Source: a virus (taxonomy: Duplodnaviria; Caudoviricetes). From it: 64,000 nt of DNA. Shown here piece by piece: positions 34,266 to 42,654 of the stretch (positions are counted from its first letter, which is position 1; each line of letters begins with the position of its first letter). A program made the position numbers and the translations under genes. Under the pieces are notes generated by a model. That model saw only the letters and a program-made list of their open reading frames with translations, searched no databases and was not told the DNA's origin. The stretch is from IMG/VR virus record IMGVR_UViG_3300009431_000002, positions 137,922 through 201,921 of that record; one strand, given 5' to 3'.

Positions 34266-34541
34266 AGATCGCTTCGTTCGCGCCTTGACGATGCCGGCGA
34301 GCCGACCCACGTGGGACGACGTGATCTTGCGGTTGCGACGCACCTTGAGCATCCTCCTGGCGCCCACGGGCCCAGCTCGCATGGGGGTCACGGCGGGAGG
34401 GGGCCCCTCGGCCATCCTCGGGGGCGCGTCGGTCCGCGGCGGTCGGGGCTTGCCCGGCGGCTTGGCGCGCTCGGTGGGGCGCCTCTCGGCAGCGCAGTAC
34501 CGCTGGGTCTGCAGGAACACATCGTCTCGAAGCTCGTCCAT
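34248..34541 (-). CDS. Small basic Arg/Pro-rich protein, 97 aa
   Basis: SD GGAGG; acidic N-terminus, very basic C-terminus; last gene of tail operon. Confidence 0.55.
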   Translation of the reverse strand: MDELRDDVFLQTQRYCAAERRPTERAKPPGKPRPPRTDAPPRMAEGPPPAVTPMRAGPVGARRMLKVRRNRKITSSHVGRLAGIVKARTKRSKKRGG

Positions 34542-34542
34542 C

Positions 34543-35556
34543 TCAGCCTCCCCGGTACCGGGTCATCAGGTCTCGCTGCCCCTGGACCCAGGAGCCGTAC
34601 AGCCGGTCGAGGTCCTTGCCGTGCTGCTGGAGGTAGGCCGCCTCCTCCGGTGAGCCCTGCTGCGTGGCGACCAGCCCCTGCTGCAGGGGATTGTACTGGT
34701 TCTCCTTGATGTCCCAGACGGGCTTGATGTCCGCGGCGAACTGCGCAGGTTGGACATCGGTCTTGTGCGGCCGCAGGTTGCGGACGTAGACCTTGGCGTG
34801 CTCCGGTGGGATGCCGGCAGTCGCCGCCACCGCCTGCACGTACTCCCTGGGTGGGCCGAACAGGCCCAAGAAGGCCTCCTTCACCGAGGACTGCTTCTTC
34901 TTGCCGGCGATGCGCCGCACCGCCTGCAGCAGCGTCTCGCCGGGCTTCTTCTTCACGGCCGTGCTCAGATTGCCTGCACCGGCGGCACCGCCCAGGAGGG
35001 CGTGTCGCTTGGCCTGCTCCTTCGTGATCTCCGCTACGGTCTTCTTCCCCGCCGTCTTGCCCTCCTCCGGTTGCTCGTACAGCTCGCGGAAGTAGCTGAG
35101 GTCCACGGGCTTGCCAGTCAGCCGGGCCTGGACTCCACCCATCTCGCCGACCATCGACCCCGAGGGGTTGAGCATCCGCAGCTGCGCCTCCTCGTCCGGT
35201 GTGAGCGTGCCGCCCTGCAGCTGCCTGGCGACCAGTCCGCGGGCCTTGTTGTACCCGGGGACTGTGGTGCCCATGAGAGCGCCGAGGCCCAGACCCGCGA
35301 TGCCGGGCGCACGGAGGGCCCAACGGCCGACCGGCCCCTTCGGGAGGAAGGATGCTGCCGTCAGCGCCGCCCCTCCCGCCGCGGGGACAGCCGCTGCCGT
35401 CATCCCGGCGCGGTTCATCCGCTGCACGTACTCGTCCAGCAGGGGGTCTGCGTCGGGCAGAGCCGGCTGCCCCTCCTGCGCTGCGGTCTTCACCTCGGCG
35501 TCGGAGGCCATCCGCCCCAGATGCTCGACGAACGATGCGTAGACAGCCGGCTCCAT
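34543..35556 (-). CDS. Putative internal virion protein (EVKTA and SVKEA sites), 337 aa
   Basis: No Cys; Gly/Ala-rich hydrophobic hairpin segments; K-x-A near N-terminus. Confidence 0.6.
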   Translation of the reverse strand: MEPAVYASFVEHLGRMASDAEVKTAAQEGQPALPDADPLLDEYVQRMNRAGMTAAAVPAAGGAALTAASFLPKGPVGRWALRAPGIAGLGLGALMGTTVPGYNKARGLVARQLQGGTLTPDEEAQLRMLNPSGSMVGEMGGVQARLTGKPVDLSYFRELYEQPEEGKTAGKKTVAEITKEQAKRHALLGGAAGAGNLSTAVKKKPGETLLQAVRRIAGKKKQSSVKEAFLGLFGPPREYVQAVAATAGIPPEHAKVYVRNLRPHKTDVQPAQFAADIKPVWDIKENQYNPLQQGLVATQQGSPEEAAYLQQHGKDLDRLYGSWVQGQRDLMTRYRGG

Positions 35557-35559
35557 GGC

Positions 35560-36051
35560 CTACTCCTTGCTGGCGGCGATGTCGCGTCCGATCTTCTGCA
35601 GCTCCGTGATGAGGATGGCGCCCGGACCTCCGAGGGCAAGGATGAGGGCGTTGTACCACTCCACCCCCGCCGCGAAGTCCGATAGGAGGTAGACGGCGAA
35701 GCCCACCACCACGCAGATGATCCGGAGCACGAACCCCTTCTCGAACAGCTTGCGGAACCAGGTCCTCGCCGCCCACAGCAGCAGCTTCAGGATGGCCGCG
35801 ATGAGCCCAGAGATGGCGAGGAACATGGCGGTCTTGTCCCCCTTGGCCGCCTTGACCGCGGCGACACCGTCGATGACGCCTGTGAGCGCCTCGGCGGCGT
35901 CTGCCGGGTCGGCCTCGGCGTCCGGGTCCATGAGCTCGTAGTCGGCCTCCTCGGCCGCGGGTGCGGCACTGTCGTCGTCCTGGGCGCGCACCTCGGCGCA
36001 CCAAGCGATGCTCGCAACGAGCGCGAGCGTGATGAGAACGAAGTCTCGCAT
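35560..36051 (-). CDS. Membrane protein with signal peptide and about 3 TM helices (holin candidate), 163 aa
   Basis: Hydrophobic N-terminus ending VRA, acidic linker, three hydrophobic stretches. Confidence 0.55.
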   Translation of the reverse strand: MRDFVLITLALVASIAWCAEVRAQDDDSAAPAAEEADYELMDPDAEADPADAAEALTGVIDGVAAVKAAKGDKTAMFLAISGLIAAILKLLLWAARTWFRKLFEKGFVLRIICVVVGFAVYLLSDFAAGVEWYNALILALGGPGAILITELQKIGRDIAASKE

Positions 36052-36064
36052 GACGTCTCCCTTC

Positions 36065-39000
36065 CTAGCCCGGCCGCAGCCGGTCCCACTCGTAGGTCAT
36101 CCGCAGGCCGCGGAACTTCATCGCCGCGGACCGACGGAGGATCCTGAGGTAGGTCTCCTTGTCCTCGTCCGCCTGCGAGATCTTCGTCCACGACGCCATC
36201 GCCGTCGGCGGGATCTCCGGCTTCCTCCGGTCCAGGCTCATCCAGTATGGGCTGTACATCCCCGACCCGAGCCACGGGCCATCGACCGCCGGGTCTGGCG
36301 CGTCGCCGTTCTTGCCGAGCACGTCCCCGTGCGGGGTGTCGACGTCGCCGCGGCCCCAGGCGTCGATGATGGCGTAGTAGGCGAACTGCCGTGTGTCGGC
36401 CACCCACACCTCCGGCTTGCTGTGCCGGAACGGCACCACCTCGGGGTCCGGGTCATCGCCACCCTGCCCGGTCAAGAAGAAGTACCGGCGGCGAGCGAAC
36501 ATCTCCGCGCCGATGGGGAGGTTCCACAGCGCCCCGCCGTAGTGGCCGACGAAGTTGGTGCGGATGGCGCTGTTCACCGGGAGGTACGTGGGCTCCTCCG
36601 GGAGCACCATGTAGCTACCGAACAGCACCTCGTAGAAGCCGACGTCCTGGTGGCGGAGCCCTGCGTCCCACGGGTCCTCGAAGTTGCAGCGCACGCTGGC
36701 GTGCACCCCGTTCTCGAAGGCGCCGCCGGACGGGTCGTTCGAGAACTCGTTCCCGATGCGCCTCACGGCCTCGTCGGCGTCGGGGAACAGATGCAGCCGG
36801 ACGATGCGGATGCGGCAGCCGACCAGGTCGTCCTCCGCCCCCGGCCCGACGAACGGTCTGCGGTCCCCCCAGATGGTGAGCTTCGCCTTGTGGTCCTCGC
36901 CGTCGTCGTAGAACTGCGGCTGGAACGACATCTGCAGGTCGGCCCCGATGATCCGGGCGCCATGCGGCACCCGCAGCGGGACGATGAACCCGACGCGCGA
37001 TGGCGGCGCGTAGCCGTCCGTGTCCTCGTCGCCGAGCGGGTCGCCTCCGGTCCGCGACAGGTAGTGGACGTAGGGGTCGGTCCACTTCATCAAGAACCGG
37101 ATGGACGCCGAGTCGATGCCGCGGCGGAAGTCGATGAAGTCAGCGACGCGGCACCAAGCACGGTGGTCGTGCTGCTCGCCGTCCTCCTTCTCGTAGTTGC
37201 AGTTGAGCATGAAGTGCGCAGGTGGATCGATGGGGAGATCCAGCCCGACGTAGTCCGACGTCGCCTTGATGGATGGCTCCGCGGCGTACCCCGGTGGCAG
37301 GTACAGCTGGGCGTCGCCAGGGCCCATCACCATGTAGTCCCGGATGGGGCTGAGGGCCCGGAAGCCCTGCGCGGAGACCGTGCCTTCGACGACACGGCTG
37401 CCCTGGTCGACCAGCACCTGGTGGTCCTGGTCCACGGAGATCTGCCAGAGGTGGAGGCGTCCTCGCTGTGCGATGAGGAGCGGCGCGTCGGCCGTGATCT
37501 TGCCGATGCCGATCTCCACGCGCCAGTCGTTCTCCTCCTCAAAGGTCATCATGTTGGCTTCGCGGAGCCGCTCTCCGAGGTTGAGGTGCACCTCGTACTT
37601 CGAGGCGGCCGCGGCGTTCACCGGGACCATGACGGACGCCATCTGATGCACCGTGCCATTGTCGCTGACGAGCCGGGCGATGACCTCGACTTCGGTCTGG
37701 TCGATGTTGCCGAGGATCGTCTCGAAACGAGCCTCGAAGCGCACCACCACGTTGTAGTGGTGGTTCCGGAGCAGCCGCTGCCCCTTCTCCAGCGCACGGT
37801 ACATGTTCCGAGGGACATACAGCGCCACGCCCGGGTCGTGTTCGTACTCGAAGTACATGGCCCACGGGTCACCGAGGGCAGCCCCCACACCGGGTCCGGT
37901 GCCAGCGTAGAACGTCCCGCTCGGAGTCTGGTTCTTGATCAGGTTCCGCGTCCACACCCACTCCGAGTTCCAGAAGTTCATGGCGTTGTCGGCGCGGGAG
38001 CTCAACGCGTCGTCGAGGAACGGGCCGAAGTTGGGCGGCGCCGGTGCGATCATGCGCCCGTAGGCGCCGCACCACCCGCTGTTGAGGAACGGCTCCTCGG
38101 CCAGCCAGTCGCTCGTCGGATCCGTGATCATCTCGCCGATGTCGCTGTCGCCGTGCCCGTAGGGCTGGTCGATCATCCCGGCCAGTGAGTGTGGTGCGTG
38201 GTAGAACTTGCCGTAGGCTGGCCACGCCGGCTCCGGGCTCGTGAGGTTGATCAGGTCGCCCCCACGCAGTAGCGTCGTCGTGTCGTTCATCCGGGCCCCA
38301 ATCACGGGGTACTCGTGCGGCGCGCGGTCGCGCAGCAGCTCGATGGGGGCCGGCTGCGGGCCGCCTGCGCTGGAACCTCCGCCCGAACCGCCGCCCGGCC
38401 CGCCGCTTCCGAAGTCCTTCCCGACGATATAGGGGACCTTGGTCTCGGTGCCGTACAGCGTGAACCCGGCCACGTCCACGTAGCCGTAGTGCCACCGCGC
38501 GCCGAGGACCGCCAGCGATGGCGCCGCCGGGTCACCGTCTGCCCACGTCAGCGGCGCTGCGATGGTGTTGGTGCCGAGGAGCTCGAGCTCCAGGGTGTAG
38601 TCGGGCATCGCCGCCTGGTCGACCGGCACGGCGTTGATGATGACGTAGATGCCGTCGTCGTCCGCCGACCCGGAGATCTCCACTTGGCAGCCGATGAAAC
38701 GGTCGAAGGGCTCCCAGAGACGGATCGTCGCGTCGGAGACGACGAACTGCACGGTTCCGCTGGTGCGGATCGCCCTCGATTTCGTCGGGTCCGGCGGAAG
38801 GAGCCCAGTGATCTGAATGTCCCCGGTGAGCCCCCACGGCTGGATCTGGCCAGGCCACCCGAGTCGTGCCTGCCCGCGGGTGATGGCGCCCAGAGGCACA
38901 GGCGCCGCCTCGTAGTACCTGTCCTCCGGCAACATCATCGGGTGCAGGGAGTGCATGAAGGCGCCAGCCTGCTCCGAGTAGATGCCGCCGCGGTGGATGT

Positions 39001-41995
39001 CGTTGTGGTCCGCCGACCACATCCGGGCGTCCGGCTGGTACATGGCGCCGGTGAACTCGTGCGCCCCGCTCTGCAGCTGGGTCTGCGGGTTCTCGCCGGC
39101 GGCGACGATGGCGGCCGCGCTCTCCAGCCACGGATAGTCCATGGACACGAAGTTGGTGTTCCCGGTCTCCTTGCTGAGAACGAACAGCCCCGGGTCCCAC
39201 CCGAGTTGGACCAGCATGCCGGCGCCGCCGCGCATCATCGGGCCGGTCTTGGTCTGGTCCAGCGACCGCGTCAGGGCCTGCATGTACATGGCCCAGTAAC
39301 CACGGTAGCTGGCACCGGCGTTGTCCGGGTCGCCGTAGTGGCGGTTGAACAGGCCGTAGGCCGGCGAGTACGAGGTGAATCGCATCGCCGGGCCTCTCGT
39401 CGCGTCCGGGATGCGGTCGATGGACTTGAAGGAGGGGTCGTTGAGGTTGGCCCACAGGCCCGAGCCGACGCCACGCCAGCCGATGCCGACCACGCCCTGC
39501 AGGTTGTCGAGGTCGTAGCCGTCCTCGTAGAAGAACTTGCCGATGCGCCGGATGCCCGCCGACGCCGCGATGGGCGTGAGGTCGAATGTCTCGTTGGACA
39601 GCTCCGTGGCCACGTACAGGTGGGCCTTCGCCTCTCCTGTTGCGTCCGCGGCGAAGTTGGGCTTGCTGCCGTCGAGGTTCGCCAGTCGCAGCCGCCCGGC
39701 GCCAGCGCCCATCTCACCCTGCACCACGTGGTACCAGCCCGCGTTCTCCTGGCTGTGGGTGATGGCGATGTACCCGCCCGGCCGGTACTCGCCGGTGTCG
39801 TCGTCGTACCCGAACCGGACGTTGCCGGAGTCCGTGGGGTCGAACGGCACGCGGATCCAGTCGTCGCCACCGTCGAAGGTGATGTCGAAGTACCGGAGGA
39901 TCGAGGCGTCGCCCGAGTGCTGCGGCGCCTCACGGAGGGCGTTGAGGGCGTGGCCCGGGTCGTAGTCCCCGTAGGGGTTCATGTCCTCGAAGTACACGCC
40001 GCCCCACCGAGCGGTCGGGTTGACCTGCTCGATGACGTGCCAGACCATGGCCGCGTTCCAGTCCTCGAACCGGCCCTCGATGATCGCGTACTCCTCCACG
40101 CTCCCGACGGGGATCTGCCCCGGGGCGGAGGTCTCCTCCGAGACGATGACGCTCTCGGAGTCCAGGTAGTCGATGATCTTGAACGTGGCGTTGGGGTCGA
40201 GCCCGGCCGGCAGTGCGCCGCGGACCAGGATGTACCGCCCCACGTCGTCCAGCGTGAACGCCTCACCCGTGGCGAAGAAGATGTTGCCGGCGAGGAACTG
40301 CGCCGGGACCCCAGGCGTGCCGGTGCGCAGCACCGTCCCCGGCTTCGGGGTGCGGGTGCTGTTGACCTGCCACCGCGGCGGCCGGTCGTCCACCTCCACC
40401 ATGAACCCGCCGCCGGCGCCGCGGCCCTGACCGTCGTAGGCGCCCTGCAGGGTGGTGCGGCGCCACTGCAGCTCCTGGGTGACGTCGGGCTCGCCGGCGT
40501 ACGTCGAGCCGCCGGCGATGCTGTGGGCGAAGGGCGCCGACGTGAAGTCGTCGGTGCTGTCGACCAGCGGCCCCTTCATCTTGCGGATGACCTCCTGCAC
40601 CAGGTCGTCCACCTCGTCGAAGGAGCGGATGTTCATGCGCAGGAAGTGGTCCACCGGCATGTTCGCCAGCGTCACGGCCGCGCCGCAGACCACCTTGAAC
40701 AGGGTACCGGCGGGGATGGCCGGCTCGAAGGTGAGCCAGATGCCGTCGGCGAACAGGCCACCCGAGCTGACCTCGACGCTCCCGAAGGCCCCGGAGGTGT
40801 CGGGGTTCAGCTCTGCGCGGTCTCCCGGTGTCCAGGCGCCGAGCTCGAGGTGCTCCTCGTCGATGACGCGCTCGACCCGGTAGGTGCCGTCGTGGTTGAA
40901 GGGGTCGTTGATCGTCGAGCCCGACACGACGGCCTTGTCGCCGTCGACCACGCCGTCGGTGATGAAGGTCGCGCCGGCCACGCGGACCACGCAGCGGTTC
41001 TGGATCTCGTCGATGGGGACGGCCGCGGTCTTGATGCAGTCCACGCCCAGGACGTTCGAGCCGTCGTGCGTGGTCCAGTCGGCCACGTCGATCAGCGGGT
41101 TGGTCGGCGGGCTGGTCTCGTCCACGAAGTCGGGCGTCGGCGCCACACGCTGGCCGCGATGGACACCTGCGACCCGGACGGCCTCGCCGCCCTCGATGAT
41201 CTCGACCAGGTCGTTGCGCATCACGGCGAAGAACTGGCCGATCTCCGTGAGGGTCGACAGCCGGTCGACGTACCCGTTGCCGACGTAGATGCGCTCCTCC
41301 AGCAGGGGCCACGGCGACAGGTCGCTGAGGTCGAGCTGGACGATGTTGCCGGCGCCGTCGGTCACGATGCGCGCCGCCCAGTTCGGGTCGGTCTCGTCGA
41401 CGTCGACCTCCATGCCGCGGGCCAGCTCCCGGGTCACGGTCTGGTACAGGCTCTCCGTGTTGGCGGACAGCAGCATGAGGCCGCGGTTCTGCGCGTCCGC
41501 CGCCATCTGGTCGCCGGTGGCGATGAACCCAGTGCCCAAGGGGTTGTTGTCCACGCGGCCCCTGGGCGGGGTCCAGGCGACGTCCCCGGACTCTACGCGG
41601 GAGATGGGGTTCGGCCACCGCGGGAAGCCGAGGTAGAAGCTGGCGTCGACGCCGGCGCTGACCGGCACGATGGTGACCGATGCCCCGGCACCGATGGTCG
41701 ACGAGTAGATGGCGACGAAGCCCTCCTCCTCCTTGGCCGTCCCCGTCACACCGAGCGCGGCGTCGATGTCCGCCACGATGGTGGTGATGTCCAGCGCAGA
41801 CAGCACCACTTCCACCGGGGCGTCAACGTCGGGGTCGCCGTCGATCAGCACAGCCAGCCGTGCGGGAAGGGTCAGCCCCGGGAACTCGCGGGAGGTGTCG
41901 TCGCGGCGGATCTGCCCACGGATGTAGGGCTGGGACAGGACGTCGATGGGGGTGTTCCCCATCAAGAACGGGCGTCGGAGGAAGCGAAGGCTCAT
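36065..41995 (-). CDS. Giant tail fibre/baseplate-associated protein, 1976 aa
   Basis: Acidic beta-rich modular protein in tail operon; G-x-Y-x-I beta modules; Gly/Ser linker. Confidence 0.6.
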   Translation of the reverse strand: MSLRFLRRPFLMGNTPIDVLSQPYIRGQIRRDDTSREFPGLTLPARLAVLIDGDPDVDAPVEVVLSALDITTIVADIDAALGVTGTAKEEEGFVAIYSSTIGAGASVTIVPVSAGVDASFYLGFPRWPNPISRVESGDVAWTPPRGRVDNNPLGTGFIATGDQMAADAQNRGLMLLSANTESLYQTVTRELARGMEVDVDETDPNWAARIVTDGAGNIVQLDLSDLSPWPLLEERIYVGNGYVDRLSTLTEIGQFFAVMRNDLVEIIEGGEAVRVAGVHRGQRVAPTPDFVDETSPPTNPLIDVADWTTHDGSNVLGVDCIKTAAVPIDEIQNRCVVRVAGATFITDGVVDGDKAVVSGSTINDPFNHDGTYRVERVIDEEHLELGAWTPGDRAELNPDTSGAFGSVEVSSGGLFADGIWLTFEPAIPAGTLFKVVCGAAVTLANMPVDHFLRMNIRSFDEVDDLVQEVIRKMKGPLVDSTDDFTSAPFAHSIAGGSTYAGEPDVTQELQWRRTTLQGAYDGQGRGAGGGFMVEVDDRPPRWQVNSTRTPKPGTVLRTGTPGVPAQFLAGNIFFATGEAFTLDDVGRYILVRGALPAGLDPNATFKIIDYLDSESVIVSEETSAPGQIPVGSVEEYAIIEGRFEDWNAAMVWHVIEQVNPTARWGGVYFEDMNPYGDYDPGHALNALREAPQHSGDASILRYFDITFDGGDDWIRVPFDPTDSGNVRFGYDDDTGEYRPGGYIAITHSQENAGWYHVVQGEMGAGAGRLRLANLDGSKPNFAADATGEAKAHLYVATELSNETFDLTPIAASAGIRRIGKFFYEDGYDLDNLQGVVGIGWRGVGSGLWANLNDPSFKSIDRIPDATRGPAMRFTSYSPAYGLFNRHYGDPDNAGASYRGYWAMYMQALTRSLDQTKTGPMMRGGAGMLVQLGWDPGLFVLSKETGNTNFVSMDYPWLESAAAIVAAGENPQTQLQSGAHEFTGAMYQPDARMWSADHNDIHRGGIYSEQAGAFMHSLHPMMLPEDRYYEAAPVPLGAITRGQARLGWPGQIQPWGLTGDIQITGLLPPDPTKSRAIRTSGTVQFVVSDATIRLWEPFDRFIGCQVEISGSADDDGIYVIINAVPVDQAAMPDYTLELELLGTNTIAAPLTWADGDPAAPSLAVLGARWHYGYVDVAGFTLYGTETKVPYIVGKDFGSGGPGGGSGGGSSAGGPQPAPIELLRDRAPHEYPVIGARMNDTTTLLRGGDLINLTSPEPAWPAYGKFYHAPHSLAGMIDQPYGHGDSDIGEMITDPTSDWLAEEPFLNSGWCGAYGRMIAPAPPNFGPFLDDALSSRADNAMNFWNSEWVWTRNLIKNQTPSGTFYAGTGPGVGAALGDPWAMYFEYEHDPGVALYVPRNMYRALEKGQRLLRNHHYNVVVRFEARFETILGNIDQTEVEVIARLVSDNGTVHQMASVMVPVNAAAASKYEVHLNLGERLREANMMTFEEENDWRVEIGIGKITADAPLLIAQRGRLHLWQISVDQDHQVLVDQGSRVVEGTVSAQGFRALSPIRDYMVMGPGDAQLYLPPGYAAEPSIKATSDYVGLDLPIDPPAHFMLNCNYEKEDGEQHDHRAWCRVADFIDFRRGIDSASIRFLMKWTDPYVHYLSRTGGDPLGDEDTDGYAPPSRVGFIVPLRVPHGARIIGADLQMSFQPQFYDDGEDHKAKLTIWGDRRPFVGPGAEDDLVGCRIRIVRLHLFPDADEAVRRIGNEFSNDPSGGAFENGVHASVRCNFEDPWDAGLRHQDVGFYEVLFGSYMVLPEEPTYLPVNSAIRTNFVGHYGGALWNLPIGAEMFARRRYFFLTGQGGDDPDPEVVPFRHSKPEVWVADTRQFAYYAIIDAWGRGDVDTPHGDVLGKNGDAPDPAVDGPWLGSGMYSPYWMSLDRRKPEIPPTAMASWTKISQADEDKETYLRILRRSAAMKFRGLRMTYEWDRLRPG

Positions 41996-42654
41996 CGGAA
42001 CATGACCTCCCAGACGGCCTCGAGGCCGTAGCCTTCAACCTTCACGAGCGGGTCGAAGGACTTGTAGGCCAACGGCGACCTCGACGCGGACGTGGCGAAG
42101 TCCGTGGGGCACGGGATCGCGTTGTCGGCGTTGGGGTCGCCGTCGGTGAACAGCCCGGCCTCGCTGATGACAGCGTTGGCACCGAGGCTGATCTCGTTGG
42201 AGGCGTACTCGCGGATGAACTGGACCGAGGTGCGCGGCGTGCCGTCGGCGTCTGCGGTGTAGGTCGGGGGGACCTGGAACTGCGCCAGGAACTCCCCGAC
42301 ACGGAACTCGATGGGGCTCACCAAGCCTGACACCTCGGCGACCTCGGACTGGTTGCCGTTGCCCAAGCCGATGTAGAGGATGCGGTCGTCCCGCATCGGC
42401 GTCCGCGACGGGTTCTGCAGCGCCAGCGCCACCAGCTCCGCCAGGTACTCCCGGCCCGTGAGCGTCCAGATGTTGTTCCCGTCACGCTCCTCGACGACAC
42501 GGCCGTCGGGGTCCTTCAACCGCAGCGTGAGCCGCCCCTCGATGCTGGGCCCATCCTTGATCGGCGACACAGTGTCGTCGCCACCACCAGGTCCGCCGAC
42601 CACGCGGAGCCGCAGGCGGTCCCGCACACGCACGATGTCCTTCAGGAACTTCAT
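41992..42654 (-). CDS. Tail-fibre attachment/baseplate protein, 220 aa
   Basis: NIWTLTGREYLA...YIGLG...ISEAGLF...AYKSF pattern typical of small proteins preceding myovirus fibres. Confidence 0.55.
   Translation of the reverse strand: MKFLKDIVRVRDRLRLRVVGGPGGGDDTVSPIKDGPSIEGRLTLRLKDPDGRVVEERDGNNIWTLTGREYLAELVALALQNPSRTPMRDDRILYIGLGNGNQSEVAEVSGLVSPIEFRVGEFLAQFQVPPTYTADADGTPRTSVQFIREYASNEISLGANAVISEAGLFTDGDPNADNAIPCPTDFATSASRSPLAYKSFDPLVKVEGYGLEAVWEVMFR
42565..42577. repeat. Dispersed palindrome copy 3 (CGACACAGTGTCG)
   Basis: Exact core inside a CDS (sense codons GAC ACT GTG TCG). Confidence 0.85.

Noticed and set aside
38350-38420. Gly/Ser run in the 1976-aa protein as a DNA repeat element
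   Set aside because: Ordinary flexible linker with varied codons, not a tandem DNA repeat.
38315-42031. Other long shadow ORFs (38315-42031, 636-2621, 12594-15425, 36008-38188, 50153-52297 and many shorter ones)
   Set aside because: Stop-codon scarcity in high-GC DNA; each overlaps a better-supported gene on the other strand or frame.
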